This document shows positions 9,131 through 21,748 of a stretch of DNA of 55,646 bases, one piece after another. Source of the stretch: Variovorax sp. (GTDB lineage: Bacteria; Pseudomonadota; Gammaproteobacteria; Burkholderiales; Burkholderiaceae_C); assembly GCA_039925525.1 (NCBI GenBank), contig JBDSYU010000101.1:1-55646 (forward strand), given 5' to 3'. Below the pieces are notes generated by a model, which made no database searches, was not told the DNA's origin, and worked only from the letters and a program-made list of their open reading frames with translations. Each line of letters starts with the position of its first letter. The stretch's first letter is position 1. The position numbers and the translations under genes were made by a program.

Positions 9131-9809
9131 GGGAAAGGGTTTGGCTTTGAATCGAAGAGACTTTATGGCGCTTGCCGCGCTTGCGGGTACTGGGGGTCTT
9201 GCAACCGGCGCGGGCGCGGCCGCCGGCGACACAAATCAAGGCGATCGGGCGCCGGTTCTGCTGGTGCTCGGCGATTCACTGAGCGCCGAATACGGGTTGA
9301 GGCGTGGCGAGGGTTGGGTGGCACTGCTCGAGCTTCGCTTGGCCGAGCAGAAGATTCCGGCGCGCATCGTCAATGCCAGCATCAGCGGCGAGACAACTTC
9401 GGGTGGACGCTCGCGCATTGCCGCCCTGCTGCGCGAACATCACCCGCAAACGGTGGTGGTAGAACTCGGCGCCAACGACGCTTTGCGTGGCCTGCCGGTG
9501 GCGCAGACCGAGGCCAACCTGCAGGCCATCGTCGAAGCCGCGCAAAAGGCCGAAGCGCGGGTGTTGATCGTTGGCATCCAGGTGCCGCCGAACTACGGCA
9601 TGACTTATCTCAAGCGCTTCGAGCAGGTGTTCAGCGATGTCGGAGATGCCACGCGCTCGCCGGTGGTGCCGTTCCTTCTGAAAAACGTGGCGGATGGACC
9701 GGATGCGACGTCGATGTTCCAGGCCGATCGCATTCATCCGGTGGCTGCTGCCCATCCGCGCATCCTCGAGAACGTGTGGCCGGCGTTGCGCAAGTTGCTG
9801 GTCAATTAA
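9129..9809 (+). CDS. tesA: Arylesterase / acyl-CoA thioesterase I (GDSL family), Tat-like signal
   Basis: GDSLSAEYG, NASISGETT, ELGANDALRG, DRIHP; N-terminal NRRDFMA; start could instead be TTG 9141 or 9147. Confidence 0.88.
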   Translation: MGKGLALNRRDFMALAALAGTGGLATGAGAAAGDTNQGDRAPVLLVLGDSLSAEYGLRRGEGWVALLELRLAEQKIPARIVNASISGETTSGGRSRIAALLREHHPQTVVVELGANDALRGLPVAQTEANLQAIVEAAQKAEARVLIVGIQVPPNYGMTYLKRFEQVFSDVGDATRSPVVPFLLKNVADGPDATSMFQADRIHPVAAAHPRILENVWPALRKLLVN

Positions 9810-9886
9810 CGCTTGGCGGTTGCGCGGCGTCGTGCGCATGCGCCCTTGGGAAGGAGTGAAGAAATCGTAGATTTATTCATGCCTTC

Positions 9887-10090
9887 TCAGCCGTTCTTCG
9901 TCGGCAGTTCGGGCACCGTCGGTGCTTCGCGTTCGAGCGAGGCCATGTCGCTTTCCGGGTCCCCCGGCGCCAATCCTTCTGTGCTCGGCCCCAGTTTGCG
10001 AGCGGCCTTGTCGCGCAGCTTTTCTTCCTTCTTCTTACGCTTGGCCAACTCTTTCTGGCGCTTCTCGTATCCGTAATTGGGTGTAGCCAC
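9887..10090 (-). CDS. Small basic hypothetical protein (67 aa)
   Basis: AGGAG RBS before GTG 10090; MATPNYGYEKRQKELAKRKKKEEK, Lys-rich helix with coding-like codon use. Confidence 0.7.
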   Translation of the reverse strand: MATPNYGYEKRQKELAKRKKKEEKLRDKAARKLGPSTEGLAPGDPESDMASLEREAPTVPELPTKNG

Positions 10091-10217
10091 CGGCACTCCT
10101 GGCTCGCGGGCGGTCGAGGCGACCGCACTGCGCTCATGCCGACTGTACGCGATCGGGCATGGTCATCAGCGCTGGCGCGCCACGTCGATGCCGCGCTGCC
10201 GCGCTGCCGCGCTGCCT

Positions 10218-11438
10218 CTACAGCACGGCCAGCGCTTGCGCCAGATCGGCGCGCAGGTCGCCAGGTGCTTCCAGGCCGATCGCCAAGCGCACCAGCGTTC
10301 CCTGATGCGGCCACGGCGCCACGCCGGCGTCGCGCATCAGGCTGATGTCGTAAGGCACTGCCAGACTGATCGGCCCACCCCATGAATAGCCGAGCTTGAA
10401 GAGCTGCAGCGCGTCGCAGAAGGCATCGACCCGGGCGGCGCTGTAGCGCGCGTCAAACACGACAGAGAACAGGCCGGCAGCGCGGCCGGCCGGCACCGCG
10501 CCGGCGGCATCGCGCGTACCGCCACACAGCGCGAGCCAATGTTCGTGGCCGGGGGACCCTGGGAGCGCCGGATGGAGCACCTGCGCAATTTCGTCGCGCT
10601 CCTGCAGCCATGTCGCCAGATCGCGCGCCGCCGCGTCCTGAGCGGCGTAGCGCAGGGCGATGCTCGGCAGCGCCCGCAGCAGCAGTTCGGCATCGTTGCC
10701 GCCGATGCCCCAGCCCATGCGCATGTGCGTGAGTTTGAGCGCCAGATGCAACTCGTCGTCGCGCGTGACGCAGCTGCCCATCAGCACATCGCCGCCGCCG
10801 CTCGGGTACTTGGTGAGCGCGTGCACCGAGACATCGACGCCCTCGCCTTCGCCATCGAAAGCGAAGGGATTGAAGGCCAGGCCGGCGCCCCAGGTGTTGT
10901 CGAGCACGCTGATGGCGCCATGAGCGCGGCAAAGTGCCGTGAGCGCCGACAGATCGGGGAACTCCATCGTCACCGATCCTGGCGCTTCGAGCCAGACCAG
11001 CTTCGTGCGCTCGGACAACTTGTCGGCGAGATCGGCCGCGTTCATCGCGTCGTAAAGGCGATGTGTGATGCCGAAGTTGGCCAACTCGCCGAGCGCCAGG
11101 GCCTTGTTCGGCCCGTAAGCATTGTCGGGCAGCAACACCTCGTCGCCCTGCTTCTGCAGCGCAAAAGACACCAGGGCGATGGCTGCCAGCCCGCTCGGCA
11201 GCAGCAGGCACTGGCGACCGCCCTCGAGTGCCGCCAGCCGTTCCTCGAGGATGAACGTAGTCGGCGTGCCATGCAGGCCGTAGGTGTAGCCGGCTTTGCT
11301 CTGCCATTGGCGCGCACGCATCGACGCCACATTGGCAAAGAACACGGTCGATGCCTTGTGCACCGCCGGCTGCGGCGCTGCGAAGCTGTCCGGCGGCTGG
11401 TACGGATGGTGGATCAGCTGGGTGATGGCTTGCGTCAT
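10218..11438 (-). CDS. metC: Cystathionine beta-lyase
   Basis: HKASTV, YTYGLHGTPT, WLEAPGS, DNTWGAG, HALTKYPSG (PLP Lys), GYSWGG; start re-picked at ATG 11438. Confidence 0.9.
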   Translation of the reverse strand: MTQAITQLIHHPYQPPDSFAAPQPAVHKASTVFFANVASMRARQWQSKAGYTYGLHGTPTTFILEERLAALEGGRQCLLLPSGLAAIALVSFALQKQGDEVLLPDNAYGPNKALALGELANFGITHRLYDAMNAADLADKLSERTKLVWLEAPGSVTMEFPDLSALTALCRAHGAISVLDNTWGAGLAFNPFAFDGEGEGVDVSVHALTKYPSGGGDVLMGSCVTRDDELHLALKLTHMRMGWGIGGNDAELLLRALPSIALRYAAQDAAARDLATWLQERDEIAQVLHPALPGSPGHEHWLALCGGTRDAAGAVPAGRAAGLFSVVFDARYSAARVDAFCDALQLFKLGYSWGGPISLAVPYDISLMRDAGVAPWPHQGTLVRLAIGLEAPGDLRADLAQALAVL

Positions 11439-11448
11439 CGTCGAACCT

Positions 11449-11973
11449 TCAAACTTTCCACTTGTCGAGCAGCTTCTGCGCACCCATGCTGTCGTAACTC
11501 TCGAACGGCTGATGAATCCAGGGGTTGGTCGGCAGGTGCTCAACCGAGTAATCGGCTTCAAAGGTCGAGGCCGACTTGGTCCACAGCACGGCGCTGCGCA
11601 GTTCGGAGATCGGCAGGTAGTTGCTCTTCAGCCGATCGACTACGGCATGCAGCGTGTGGCCAGTATCGGCCAAGTCATCGACCAACAGCACCTTGCCGGC
11701 GATCTCGCCCTTGGGCGTGGTGATGAAGCGGGCAATGTCGAGATGGCCCTGGATGGTGCCGGCATCGGCGCGGTACGAACTGGTCGACATGATCGCCAGT
11801 GGCTTGTCGAATATTCGCGACAAGACATCGCCCGGGCGCATGCCGCCACGCGCCAGACACAGGATGGTGTCGAACTCCCAAGCCGACTGGTGCACCTTGA
11901 TCGCCAGTTTTTCGATCAGGTTGTGGTACTCGTCGTAGCTCACATAGAGATGCTTGCCGTCTTCGGTCAACAT
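11449..11973 (-). CDS. Purine phosphoribosyltransferase (xanthine/hypoxanthine-guanine type)
   Basis: LARGG and PRPP-binding VLLVDDLADTGHT; immediately downstream of purA. Confidence 0.88.
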   Translation of the reverse strand: MLTEDGKHLYVSYDEYHNLIEKLAIKVHQSAWEFDTILCLARGGMRPGDVLSRIFDKPLAIMSTSSYRADAGTIQGHLDIARFITTPKGEIAGKVLLVDDLADTGHTLHAVVDRLKSNYLPISELRSAVLWTKSASTFEADYSVEHLPTNPWIHQPFESYDSMGAQKLLDKWKV

Positions 11974-12002
11974 TGAATGGCTCCAGGAAGATAAATCGGA
12001 CT

Positions 12003-12080
12003 ACCGTACGCAGAAGGCGCAGAGGTCTTCTTGCGTTCTTTTGCGTCTTCCGCGAGACCTCCACGTCTTGTGCGTCCGGC
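12003..12080. repeat. Palindromic element with periodic arms, copy A
   Basis: ACCGTACGCAGAAGGCGCAGAGGTCT ... AGACCTCCACGTCTTGTGCGTCCGGC, 26-nt imperfect inverted arms. Confidence 0.75.
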
Positions 12081-12101
12081 ATTCCGCATTGCGTATTGCG
12101 C

Positions 12102-14632
<2,531 letters not shown>

Positions 14633-14753
14633 TGAGAAAAGCGTGGGCTGTTAAAGCCGGGATTCTATCGGGGCCTCAGCTGCATGAACCCGCCCTGCCG
14701 TGCGAGCTGGTCATTCAGCAGCGAGAGACTCGACGTGACGCGACTTCTGCGGC

Positions 14754-14942
14754 TTACGTTGCCAGCCACAACAGCAGCAGCCCAACGGCGATGCTGCACA
14801 GTCCGAAGAAGCGCAACTGGCCATCGCGCAACTGCAGCAACTGACTGAAGGCCCGGCGCCAACCGGTCGGCGACAGGAAAGGCAGCAGTCCTTCGATGAC
14901 CAGCACCAGCGCCAGGGCGCTCCACCAGCTATCGCTGTCCAT
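14754..14942 (-). CDS. DUF2065 family small membrane protein (YjeT-like)
   Basis: ATG 14942: MDSDSWWSALALVLVIEGLLPFLSP...LRFFGL; lies between hflC and hisZ. Confidence 0.85.
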   Translation of the reverse strand: MDSDSWWSALALVLVIEGLLPFLSPTGWRRAFSQLLQLRDGQLRFFGLCSIAVGLLLLWLAT

Positions 14943-14976
14943 TACGCGTGCACAGGCGGGGCGCCGTCGCTCTTTA

Positions 14977-16047
14977 TCAGCGCGCCGGCTCCACCCGACG
15001 CACGTCACCTGCAGAGGTGTCGGCTCCGGCGACAGGCGAGCTTGACCCCGACGTCGCTGCGCGCGCCGGCGCCGGCGCCAGTGCCAGCGCTGGTGGCACT
15101 GGTGGTGATGCCGGTGCCATCGCCGGGCCTGGAGTCGGCGCCGTGGCTGAACGCCTGGCTCCTGAAACATCACCGGAGCTGCTGAGCGCCCGGAAAAACT
15201 CGGACGAGGACGGATCGATCACCAGCACGTCGCTCTTCCTGTTGAAGGCGGCCTTGTAGGCGTCGAGGCTGCGATAGAACTGCGCAAACTGCGGATCGCG
15301 CCCGAACGCCGCCGCGTAAGCGGCCGCTGCCTCGGCGTCGCCCTCGCCCTTCACCTTTTGCGCGTCGCGGTAGGCGTTTGACACCGTCACATCGCGCTGG
15401 CGGTCGGCGTCGGCGCGAATCTTCTCGCCCTCGGCGAAGCCGGTGGCACGCAACTCATTGGCTTCCCGGTTGCGCTCGGCGCGCATGCGGTTGTAGACCG
15501 ATTCGGTGATCGACTTGACGTAATCGACGCGGGTGATGCGCACGTCAACGATATCGACGCCCCACGGGCTGGCTCCCTGTACCCGGCTCAGCACCTCGCG
15601 CTTGACCGCCGCCATGACCTCCTCACGGTCGGTCGAGATGAGGTCGCGCACGGAGCGTTTGCCGACGTTGGACAAAAGGGCGTCCTTGGTGACGCGGCTC
15701 AACTGCATCGCCCCCGAAGATTCGTCGAGGCCGACATTGCGGATGTACTGCGAAGGGTCGGTGATGCGCCAGCGCACATACCAGTCGACGACGATCCATT
15801 TTTGATCCTGCGTCAGCATGGTCTCGGCCGTCTGCGGCGTCAGCGTCAGCAGACGTTTGTCGAGATAGGAAACGTTCTGAAACGGTGGCGGCAGCTTGAA
15901 GTTGAGCCCAGGCTGCTTGACCACGTCCTTGATTTGGCCGAATGCATAGACGACGCCGAACTGGCGCTGGTCGACGACAAACAGCATGGAACTCGCAACG
16001 AGCAGGAGCACCAGGAAGGTGGTGACGATAAAACCGATTCTGTTCAT
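14977..16047 (-). CDS. hflC: Protease modulator HflC
   Basis: ATG 16047 MNRIGFIV; SPFH domain, RMRAER, GEGDAEAA, DPQFAQFYRSL; long C-terminal tail. Confidence 0.93.
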   Translation of the reverse strand: MNRIGFIVTTFLVLLLVASSMLFVVDQRQFGVVYAFGQIKDVVKQPGLNFKLPPPFQNVSYLDKRLLTLTPQTAETMLTQDQKWIVVDWYVRWRITDPSQYIRNVGLDESSGAMQLSRVTKDALLSNVGKRSVRDLISTDREEVMAAVKREVLSRVQGASPWGVDIVDVRITRVDYVKSITESVYNRMRAERNREANELRATGFAEGEKIRADADRQRDVTVSNAYRDAQKVKGEGDAEAAAAYAAAFGRDPQFAQFYRSLDAYKAAFNRKSDVLVIDPSSSEFFRALSSSGDVSGARRSATAPTPGPAMAPASPPVPPALALAPAPARAATSGSSSPVAGADTSAGDVRRVEPAR

Positions 16048-16069
16048 GATTAAAAATTTCCCGCGTGCT

Positions 16070-17458
16070 TCAGGGCCGCAGGTCGCGCTCGCGCGAGCGG
16101 CCGTCGCGCAAGCGCGGATCGGCGGCGCTGCCGGTGGTGGTCGATGTGGGCGGCGCCGATTGGGCCGGCATGCTGCCAGCTGCTGCCGAATCACCCACGC
16201 TGTTGCCGGACGTCGTCATCTGCATCAGCTTGTCCAGAGGCAAATACAGCAGGTTTGAACCGCTGCGACTGTCGACCAGCACCTTAGAGGTGTTGGCGTA
16301 GATCTGCTGCATGGTGTCGATGTACATGCGATCCCGTGTGACCTGCGGCGCCTTCTCGTACTCGGTGAGGATCTGCGAGAAACGCTCGGCGTCGCCCTGC
16401 GCCTGAGCCGAAATGCGCGCCTTGTAGCCACCGGCCTCTTCGATCAGCCGCGACGCCGTGCCTGTTGCGCGAGGAATGACGTCGTTGGCATAGGCCTGTG
16501 CCTCGTTCTTCGCCCTTTCGCGCTCTTGCCCGGCCTTGAGCACATCATCGAATGCCGCCTGCACCTGTTCAGGCGGCTTCACACCGCCCTCCTGCAAGTT
16601 GACAGCCACCACCTCGACACCGATCTTGTAGCGATCGAGCAGCGACTGCATCAAGGTGCGAACCTGCGGTGAAATCAGTTCCTTCTTCTGCATGACCGTA
16701 TCCATGCCCAGTTTGCCGACGACCTCGCGCACCGCCGTTTCGGCCGTCTGCTCGACCGCGCGTTCGGGGTCGCGGCTCTCGAACAACCAGGCGCGCGGAT
16801 CGCTCACGCGGTACTGCACGGCAAACTTGACCTCGACAATGTTCTCGTCCTTGGTCAGCATGGCCAGTTCGCGCAACCCGGTGGCGCTGAGGACGTTCTC
16901 ACGGCCGATATCGGTCGAGCGCAGGATCGTCGACTTGACCTGTTCATGCCGCTGGATCGGGTACGGCAACCGCCAGTTGAAACCAGCGCCTACGGTGCTC
17001 TGGTAGCGCCCGAACTGCGTGATGACAGCCTGGTAGCCCTCCTGCACGATGAAGAAACCGGTGCCCAGCCAGATCAGCAAGGCCACCGCCGCCACCAACG
17101 CAATGCCGATGCCGGCGTTCTTCATGTCGGGCGGCTTGCCCCCCGGGCCGCCGCCGCCGGGCCGGCGGCCGCCATTGTTGCCGTTGCCGAAGACACCCGG
17201 CAGCTTCTTGCGGAAGTCGCGCCACATCTCGTCCAAGTCGGGCGGCCCCTGATTGGCGCTACTTGGGCGCGGCCGCGGTGGTGGTGGCGCCGGCGCAGGC
17301 GCTTCGTCGGGACGCGCCGCCGGCTCGGCCGGTGGCTTGTCGTCTGACGAAGACGATTCGCCGTCGCGGCCCCAGCGCCCGTCGTTCAGATTGAACATCC
17401 TGCCGAACCGACTCCAGCGCGGCGCACGGCCCGACGCCTCATGTGTCACTGCGTTCAT
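16070..17458 (-). CDS. hflK: FtsH protease modulator HflK
   Basis: GPPDLDEMWR, MLTKDENIV, PPEQVQAAFDD, APQVTRDRMY, LYLPLDKL. Confidence 0.95.
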   Translation of the reverse strand: MNAVTHEASGRAPRWSRFGRMFNLNDGRWGRDGESSSSDDKPPAEPAARPDEAPAPAPPPPRPRPSSANQGPPDLDEMWRDFRKKLPGVFGNGNNGGRRPGGGGPGGKPPDMKNAGIGIALVAAVALLIWLGTGFFIVQEGYQAVITQFGRYQSTVGAGFNWRLPYPIQRHEQVKSTILRSTDIGRENVLSATGLRELAMLTKDENIVEVKFAVQYRVSDPRAWLFESRDPERAVEQTAETAVREVVGKLGMDTVMQKKELISPQVRTLMQSLLDRYKIGVEVVAVNLQEGGVKPPEQVQAAFDDVLKAGQERERAKNEAQAYANDVIPRATGTASRLIEEAGGYKARISAQAQGDAERFSQILTEYEKAPQVTRDRMYIDTMQQIYANTSKVLVDSRSGSNLLYLPLDKLMQMTTSGNSVGDSAAAGSMPAQSAPPTSTTTGSAADPRLRDGRSRERDLRP

Positions 17459-17496
17459 TCGCTCACTTCATTTTTGTGGTGCCCGATTGTGCCCAA

Positions 17497-18675
17497 TCAG
17501 GTCAGCGCCACCGGCAATGGCGCCTCGGCCGCTAAGGTCATCCCGGCCATGTCCGCGGCGCGCTGCGCCAGCGCCTCACGCAGCAGCGGCAGGCCCTCGC
17601 CATCGCGCGCGCTGATGAAGATGCGCGCTATCTGCACGCCATCGATCTCGATTGAGTCCTGTAGTTGCCGCGGCCACCGGCCGGGCGTCAGTGCGTCGAG
17701 CTTGTTGAAGACCAGCAACTGCGGCACGGCCTCGGCGCCGATCTCCCGCAGCACCTGCTGCACCTGGTCTATCTGCTGCGGATGCGAGGGATTGGCGGCG
17801 TCGACCACATGCAGCAACAGGTCGGCATCGACAGCCTCCTGCAGCGTGGCCTTGAACGCATCGATCAGCCCATGCGGCAGGTCGCGAATGAAGCCGACCG
17901 TGTCGGAGAGCGACACCTGCAAGGGTTTGCCCGCGTCCGTCGTGCCCAGATAGAGTTGCCGCGTCGTCGTGTCGAGAGTGGCGAAGAGCTGATCGGCCGC
18001 ATAGGCCCGCGCCTTGACCAGCGCGTTGAAAAGAGAAGATTTGCCGGCGTTGGTATAGCCGACCAGAGAAATCTTGTAAGTGCCCTGGCGCTCGCGCTGG
18101 CGCCGCTGCGTACCACGCTGGCGCATCAGCTTGGTCAGGCGCTCTCGCGTGCGCTTGATGGACTCGCCAATCATGCGTCGATCCAGTTCGATCTGCGTTT
18201 CCCCCGGGCCGCCGCGGGCGCCGATGCCGCCGCGCTGGCGTTCCAGGTGCGACCAACGTCGCACGAGACGGGTACTCAGGTACTGCAACCGCGCGAGTTC
18301 CACTTGGAGCTTGCCTTCATGAGATCGCGCGCGCTGCGCAAATATCTCGAGGATCAGGAAGGTGCGGTCGTAGACCGCCACGCCGAGATGCCGCTCGAGG
18401 TTTCGCTGTTGAGCCGGCGACAGGCTTTGGTCGAAGATGACCTCGGTCGCACCGTGCAGATCGGCCAGGGTTTTGAGTTCGTCGGCCTTTCCGCTGCCGA
18501 CGAACAAGGCCGCGTCGGGCGCCTTCCTTTTGCAACTCAAGTGCGCCACCGGCTCCAGGCCGGCACTGCTGGCGAGCAGACTCAACTCTTGCAGTTCCGA
18601 ATCGAAGTCAGCATGACCGAAGTCGACGCCGACCAGCACACAAGCCCCGTCCCGACGCGAGATGGTGTCAGTCAA
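17497..18675 (-). CDS. hflX: GTPase HflX
   Basis: GPGETQIELDRR, GYTNAGKS, LFATLDTT, DTVGF, NKLD. Confidence 0.96.
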   Translation of the reverse strand: MTDTISRRDGACVLVGVDFGHADFDSELQELSLLASSAGLEPVAHLSCKRKAPDAALFVGSGKADELKTLADLHGATEVIFDQSLSPAQQRNLERHLGVAVYDRTFLILEIFAQRARSHEGKLQVELARLQYLSTRLVRRWSHLERQRGGIGARGGPGETQIELDRRMIGESIKRTRERLTKLMRQRGTQRRQRERQGTYKISLVGYTNAGKSSLFNALVKARAYAADQLFATLDTTTRQLYLGTTDAGKPLQVSLSDTVGFIRDLPHGLIDAFKATLQEAVDADLLLHVVDAANPSHPQQIDQVQQVLREIGAEAVPQLLVFNKLDALTPGRWPRQLQDSIEIDGVQIARIFISARDGEGLPLLREALAQRAADMAGMTLAAEAPLPVALT

Positions 18676-18741
18676 ACCAAGGGCGAGAGAGTGCGCTCTG
18701 CGCGGGAGGCGCAGCGCTACTACCGCAGGGATGTCGGGTGA

Positions 18742-18993
18742 TCACGCGTTGGCGGCGTCGCTCTCGGACTCAGCGGCCAGAAAATTGACGGCGCGCCCCG
18801 GGACAATGGTCGAGATGGCGTGCTTGTAGACCATCTGGGTCACCGTATTTCGCAGCAGCACCACATATTGGTCAAACGATTCAATCTGGCCTTGAAGCTT
18901 GATGCCATTGACCAGATAGATCGAGACCGGCACATGTTCCCGACGCAGGGTGTTCAGGAAGGGATCCTGCAAAAGTTGCCCTTTGTTGCTCAC
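18742..18993 (-). CDS. hfq: RNA chaperone Hfq
   Basis: GTG 18993: [14 protein letters not shown]...[10 protein letters not shown]...[12 protein letters not shown]. Confidence 0.98.
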   Translation of the reverse strand: MSNKGQLLQDPFLNTLRREHVPVSIYLVNGIKLQGQIESFDQYVVLLRNTVTQMVYKHAISTIVPGRAVNFLAAESESDAANA

Positions 18994-19115
18994 GATATTC
19001 TCCGTGTTCAAGAAAAAAGTAGTTGAGGCCGCAGACCATAACACAGGGTTTTCGCGCTTTACATTTCTGCCGACATAGCCTTACAGGCTGCATCAGCGAC
19101 GGGGCGAAAGACAGG

Positions 19116-20528
19116 TCAGGTGTTGCCGTTGCGAGCGACTCGGCGAGACGCCCTGCCTGAGCCCGCGCTCTTGGCTGGCGGACCGGCGCGCTCGGCATAG
19201 GGGTTGTCAGAAGTCTTCAAGGCGATGCGCAACGGCGTGCCAACGAGGTCGAACTCCTTGCGAATACGGCCTTCGAGAAAGCGCTGATAGGCCGCAGTCA
19301 CGTGTTCGAGCGAATTGCCGTGGATGACCACCAGCGGCGGGTTCATGCCACCCTGGTGCGCGTACCGCAGCTTCGGTCTGAACATGCCGGCGCGCTGCGG
19401 CGCCTGGAATTGCACGGCTTCAAGCAGCAGGCGCGTCAACACCGGCGTCGACATCTTGCGCGTGGCCGCAGCGTGCGCGGCCGCGATGGCGCGCCACACC
19501 GGCGCCAAGCCCTGGCGTCGTGTCGCCGAGATGAAATGCAGCGCCGCGAACTTGAGAAACGACAGGCGCAGCTCGATCTGTCGCTGCACCTGTTGGCGTT
19601 GATAGGCGTCGACTGCATCCCATTTATTGACGGCGATGACCACCGCCCGTCCGGCCTCGAGAATGTAGCCGGCGATGTGCGCATCCTGGTCGGTGACCCC
19701 CTGGGTCGCATCCAGCAACAGCAGCACGACATTGGCCGACTCGATCGCCTGCAACGTCTTCACTACGGAAAACTTCTCCACGGCCTCGAACACTTTGCCC
19801 TTGCGCCGGAGGCCCGCCGTATCGATCAGCGAAAAGTGTTGTCCACTGCGCTCGAAGGGCACCGAAATGGCATCGCGCGTGGTGCCAGGCAGGTCGAAGG
19901 CCACCAGTCGCTCCTCCCCCAGCCAGGCGTTGATGAGCGTCGACTTTCCGACGTTGGGCCGGCCGGCAACAGCCAGGCGGATGGGCTTGCCGGCCTCATC
20001 GTCGTCTGCATCCGGCGCCACCAGCGATTCATTTGGCAATTGCGCCAACGCGTGTTCGACCAGAGCGCGAACACCTTCACCATGCGCCGCCGAGACGCCG
20101 TACACGTCGCCCAGACCGAGTTCGTAAAACTCGGCCAGCCGGGGGCCGCTCTTCATCCCCTCGACCTTGTTGGCGACGACCAGGCTCTGCTTGCCCAACT
20201 TGCGCAGCTCGCGCGCGATCTCGTGATCCTGAGCGGAGATGCCCTCGCGTGCGTCGACGACGAACAGCACCACGTCACATTCGGCCACGGCCTGGCGCGT
20301 CTGGCGCGCCATCACACTGTAGATGCCGCTGGCCGCGTCGGGTTCGAAGCCGCCGGTATCGACGACGATGAAGTCGCGCCGGTCCAAGTGCGCGTTGCCG
20401 TAGTGACGGTCACGCGTGAGTCCGGCGAAGTCGGCGACGATGGCATCGCGACTGCCGGTGATGCGATTGAACAAGGTCGACTTGCCGACGTTCGGCCGGC
20501 CGACCAGTGCGATGACGGGTTTCACCAC
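19116..20528 (-). CDS. der: Ribosome biogenesis GTPase Der (EngA)
   Basis: Two GRPNVGKS G-domains, DTGG/DTAG, C-terminal [12 protein letters not shown]-like domain. Confidence 0.97.
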   Translation of the reverse strand: MVKPVIALVGRPNVGKSTLFNRITGSRDAIVADFAGLTRDRHYGNAHLDRRDFIVVDTGGFEPDAASGIYSVMARQTRQAVAECDVVLFVVDAREGISAQDHEIARELRKLGKQSLVVANKVEGMKSGPRLAEFYELGLGDVYGVSAAHGEGVRALVEHALAQLPNESLVAPDADDDEAGKPIRLAVAGRPNVGKSTLINAWLGEERLVAFDLPGTTRDAISVPFERSGQHFSLIDTAGLRRKGKVFEAVEKFSVVKTLQAIESANVVLLLLDATQGVTDQDAHIAGYILEAGRAVVIAVNKWDAVDAYQRQQVQRQIELRLSFLKFAALHFISATRRQGLAPVWRAIAAAHAAATRKMSTPVLTRLLLEAVQFQAPQRAGMFRPKLRYAHQGGMNPPLVVIHGNSLEHVTAAYQRFLEGRIRKEFDLVGTPLRIALKTSDNPYAERAGPPAKSAGSGRASRRVARNGNT

Positions 20529-20605
20529 CGGCCCCGCTCAGAGCCCGGCGTCACGGACAGGACCTGAAAGGCGCCGCGGCCCGCGCGGTGAGTTTCAACA
20601 GCCTG

Positions 20606-21748
20606 CTACTCAGGTCGAAAGCCAAAGACGCCGCCGCTCTGCGTAACCACGACCACTGTATTGCCGATAAGCACCGGCGCGGCGACGATCGCCGAACCGT
20701 CGGTCGGCAGGCGATTCTGCGGCGCGCCATCGTCGCGCGACAGCACGTGCACGAGACCGGAGCCATCGCCGACAACGATCGACCGACCAACGGCCAAAGG
20801 CGCGCTCAAGCTGCGATAGCGCAACCGGTCGGAACTCCAGGCGCGTTCGCCGTCGGCCCGTCGCAACGCGATCACACTGCCATTGGCTTCACTGCCGTAG
20901 ACTAGGCGGTCGTCGGCAGTCACGCCCTCGGCGCCCACCGCCGGCCGGCTCCAGAGCAACGTGCCGCGCACGGCATCGACGCAGCCGATGCTGGCGTAAT
21001 AAGCGCGGACGCACAGCACATCGCCATCGCGCGCGACACTGCCCGTGAGGTCGACCAGGCGCTCGACATCGTTGGTGCCGCGTGGCGAGGCCACCGGCGC
21101 CTCCCAACGCGTGCTGCCATCCGCCGGGTTGACGCCGACCAAGCGGCCGCCGACGCCATACACCAGCGTATTGCCCACTGCCACCAGCACGCCGCCCTTG
21201 CGCAACACCAGTTGCTCTGGCGTGCGGGTCTGGGTCCATAACGGCCGACCGCTTTGACCATCGAAGGCGCTCAGGCTTCGGTCGGCTGTGAGCACAAACA
21301 CCCGGCGACCGGCCACCAAGGGGGCGGTGTAGGCCTCTGAAGTGAGCTTGCGGCGCCAGGCGATCTTGCCGCCTTGTACGGCCACCAGTTCGTTGCCCTT
21401 GACGACAACGGCACTGATCGAACCATCGCTGCCGACGCCCGCCTCGATGGGCGCGCCGACGTCAACGCGCCAGTTCTCGACACCGGTGCGCGCGTCAATG
21501 GCAATCATCGTGCCGTTCGACGAAGCCAACGTCAGGATGTCGCCGCTCGCATCGACCTGCAACGGAAACGTCACTGGCGGCAGCTTGGCACTCCAGGCCA
21601 GGCGGACGCCGAGCAGCGGAACATTCGGTGGCAGTTCGGCCGGCTTCGGTTTTTCTGCGGAACAGGCGGCGAGCAAGGTGATCGTCGCCACGGCCATGCC
21701 GAGCCTCCCGAGAAGCCCGCGCTGAAAGGATCGCTGCGGCGCGCTCAC
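20606..21748 (-). CDS. bamB: Outer membrane protein assembly factor BamB
   Basis: Lipobox LAAC, PQQ-like beta-propeller repeats, located between yfgM and der. Confidence 0.93.
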   Translation of the reverse strand: MSAPQRSFQRGLLGRLGMAVATITLLAACSAEKPKPAELPPNVPLLGVRLAWSAKLPPVTFPLQVDASGDILTLASSNGTMIAIDARTGVENWRVDVGAPIEAGVGSDGSISAVVVKGNELVAVQGGKIAWRRKLTSEAYTAPLVAGRRVFVLTADRSLSAFDGQSGRPLWTQTRTPEQLVLRKGGVLVAVGNTLVYGVGGRLVGVNPADGSTRWEAPVASPRGTNDVERLVDLTGSVARDGDVLCVRAYYASIGCVDAVRGTLLWSRPAVGAEGVTADDRLVYGSEANGSVIALRRADGERAWSSDRLRYRSLSAPLAVGRSIVVGDGSGLVHVLSRDDGAPQNRLPTDGSAIVAAPVLIGNTVVVVTQSGGVFGFRPE

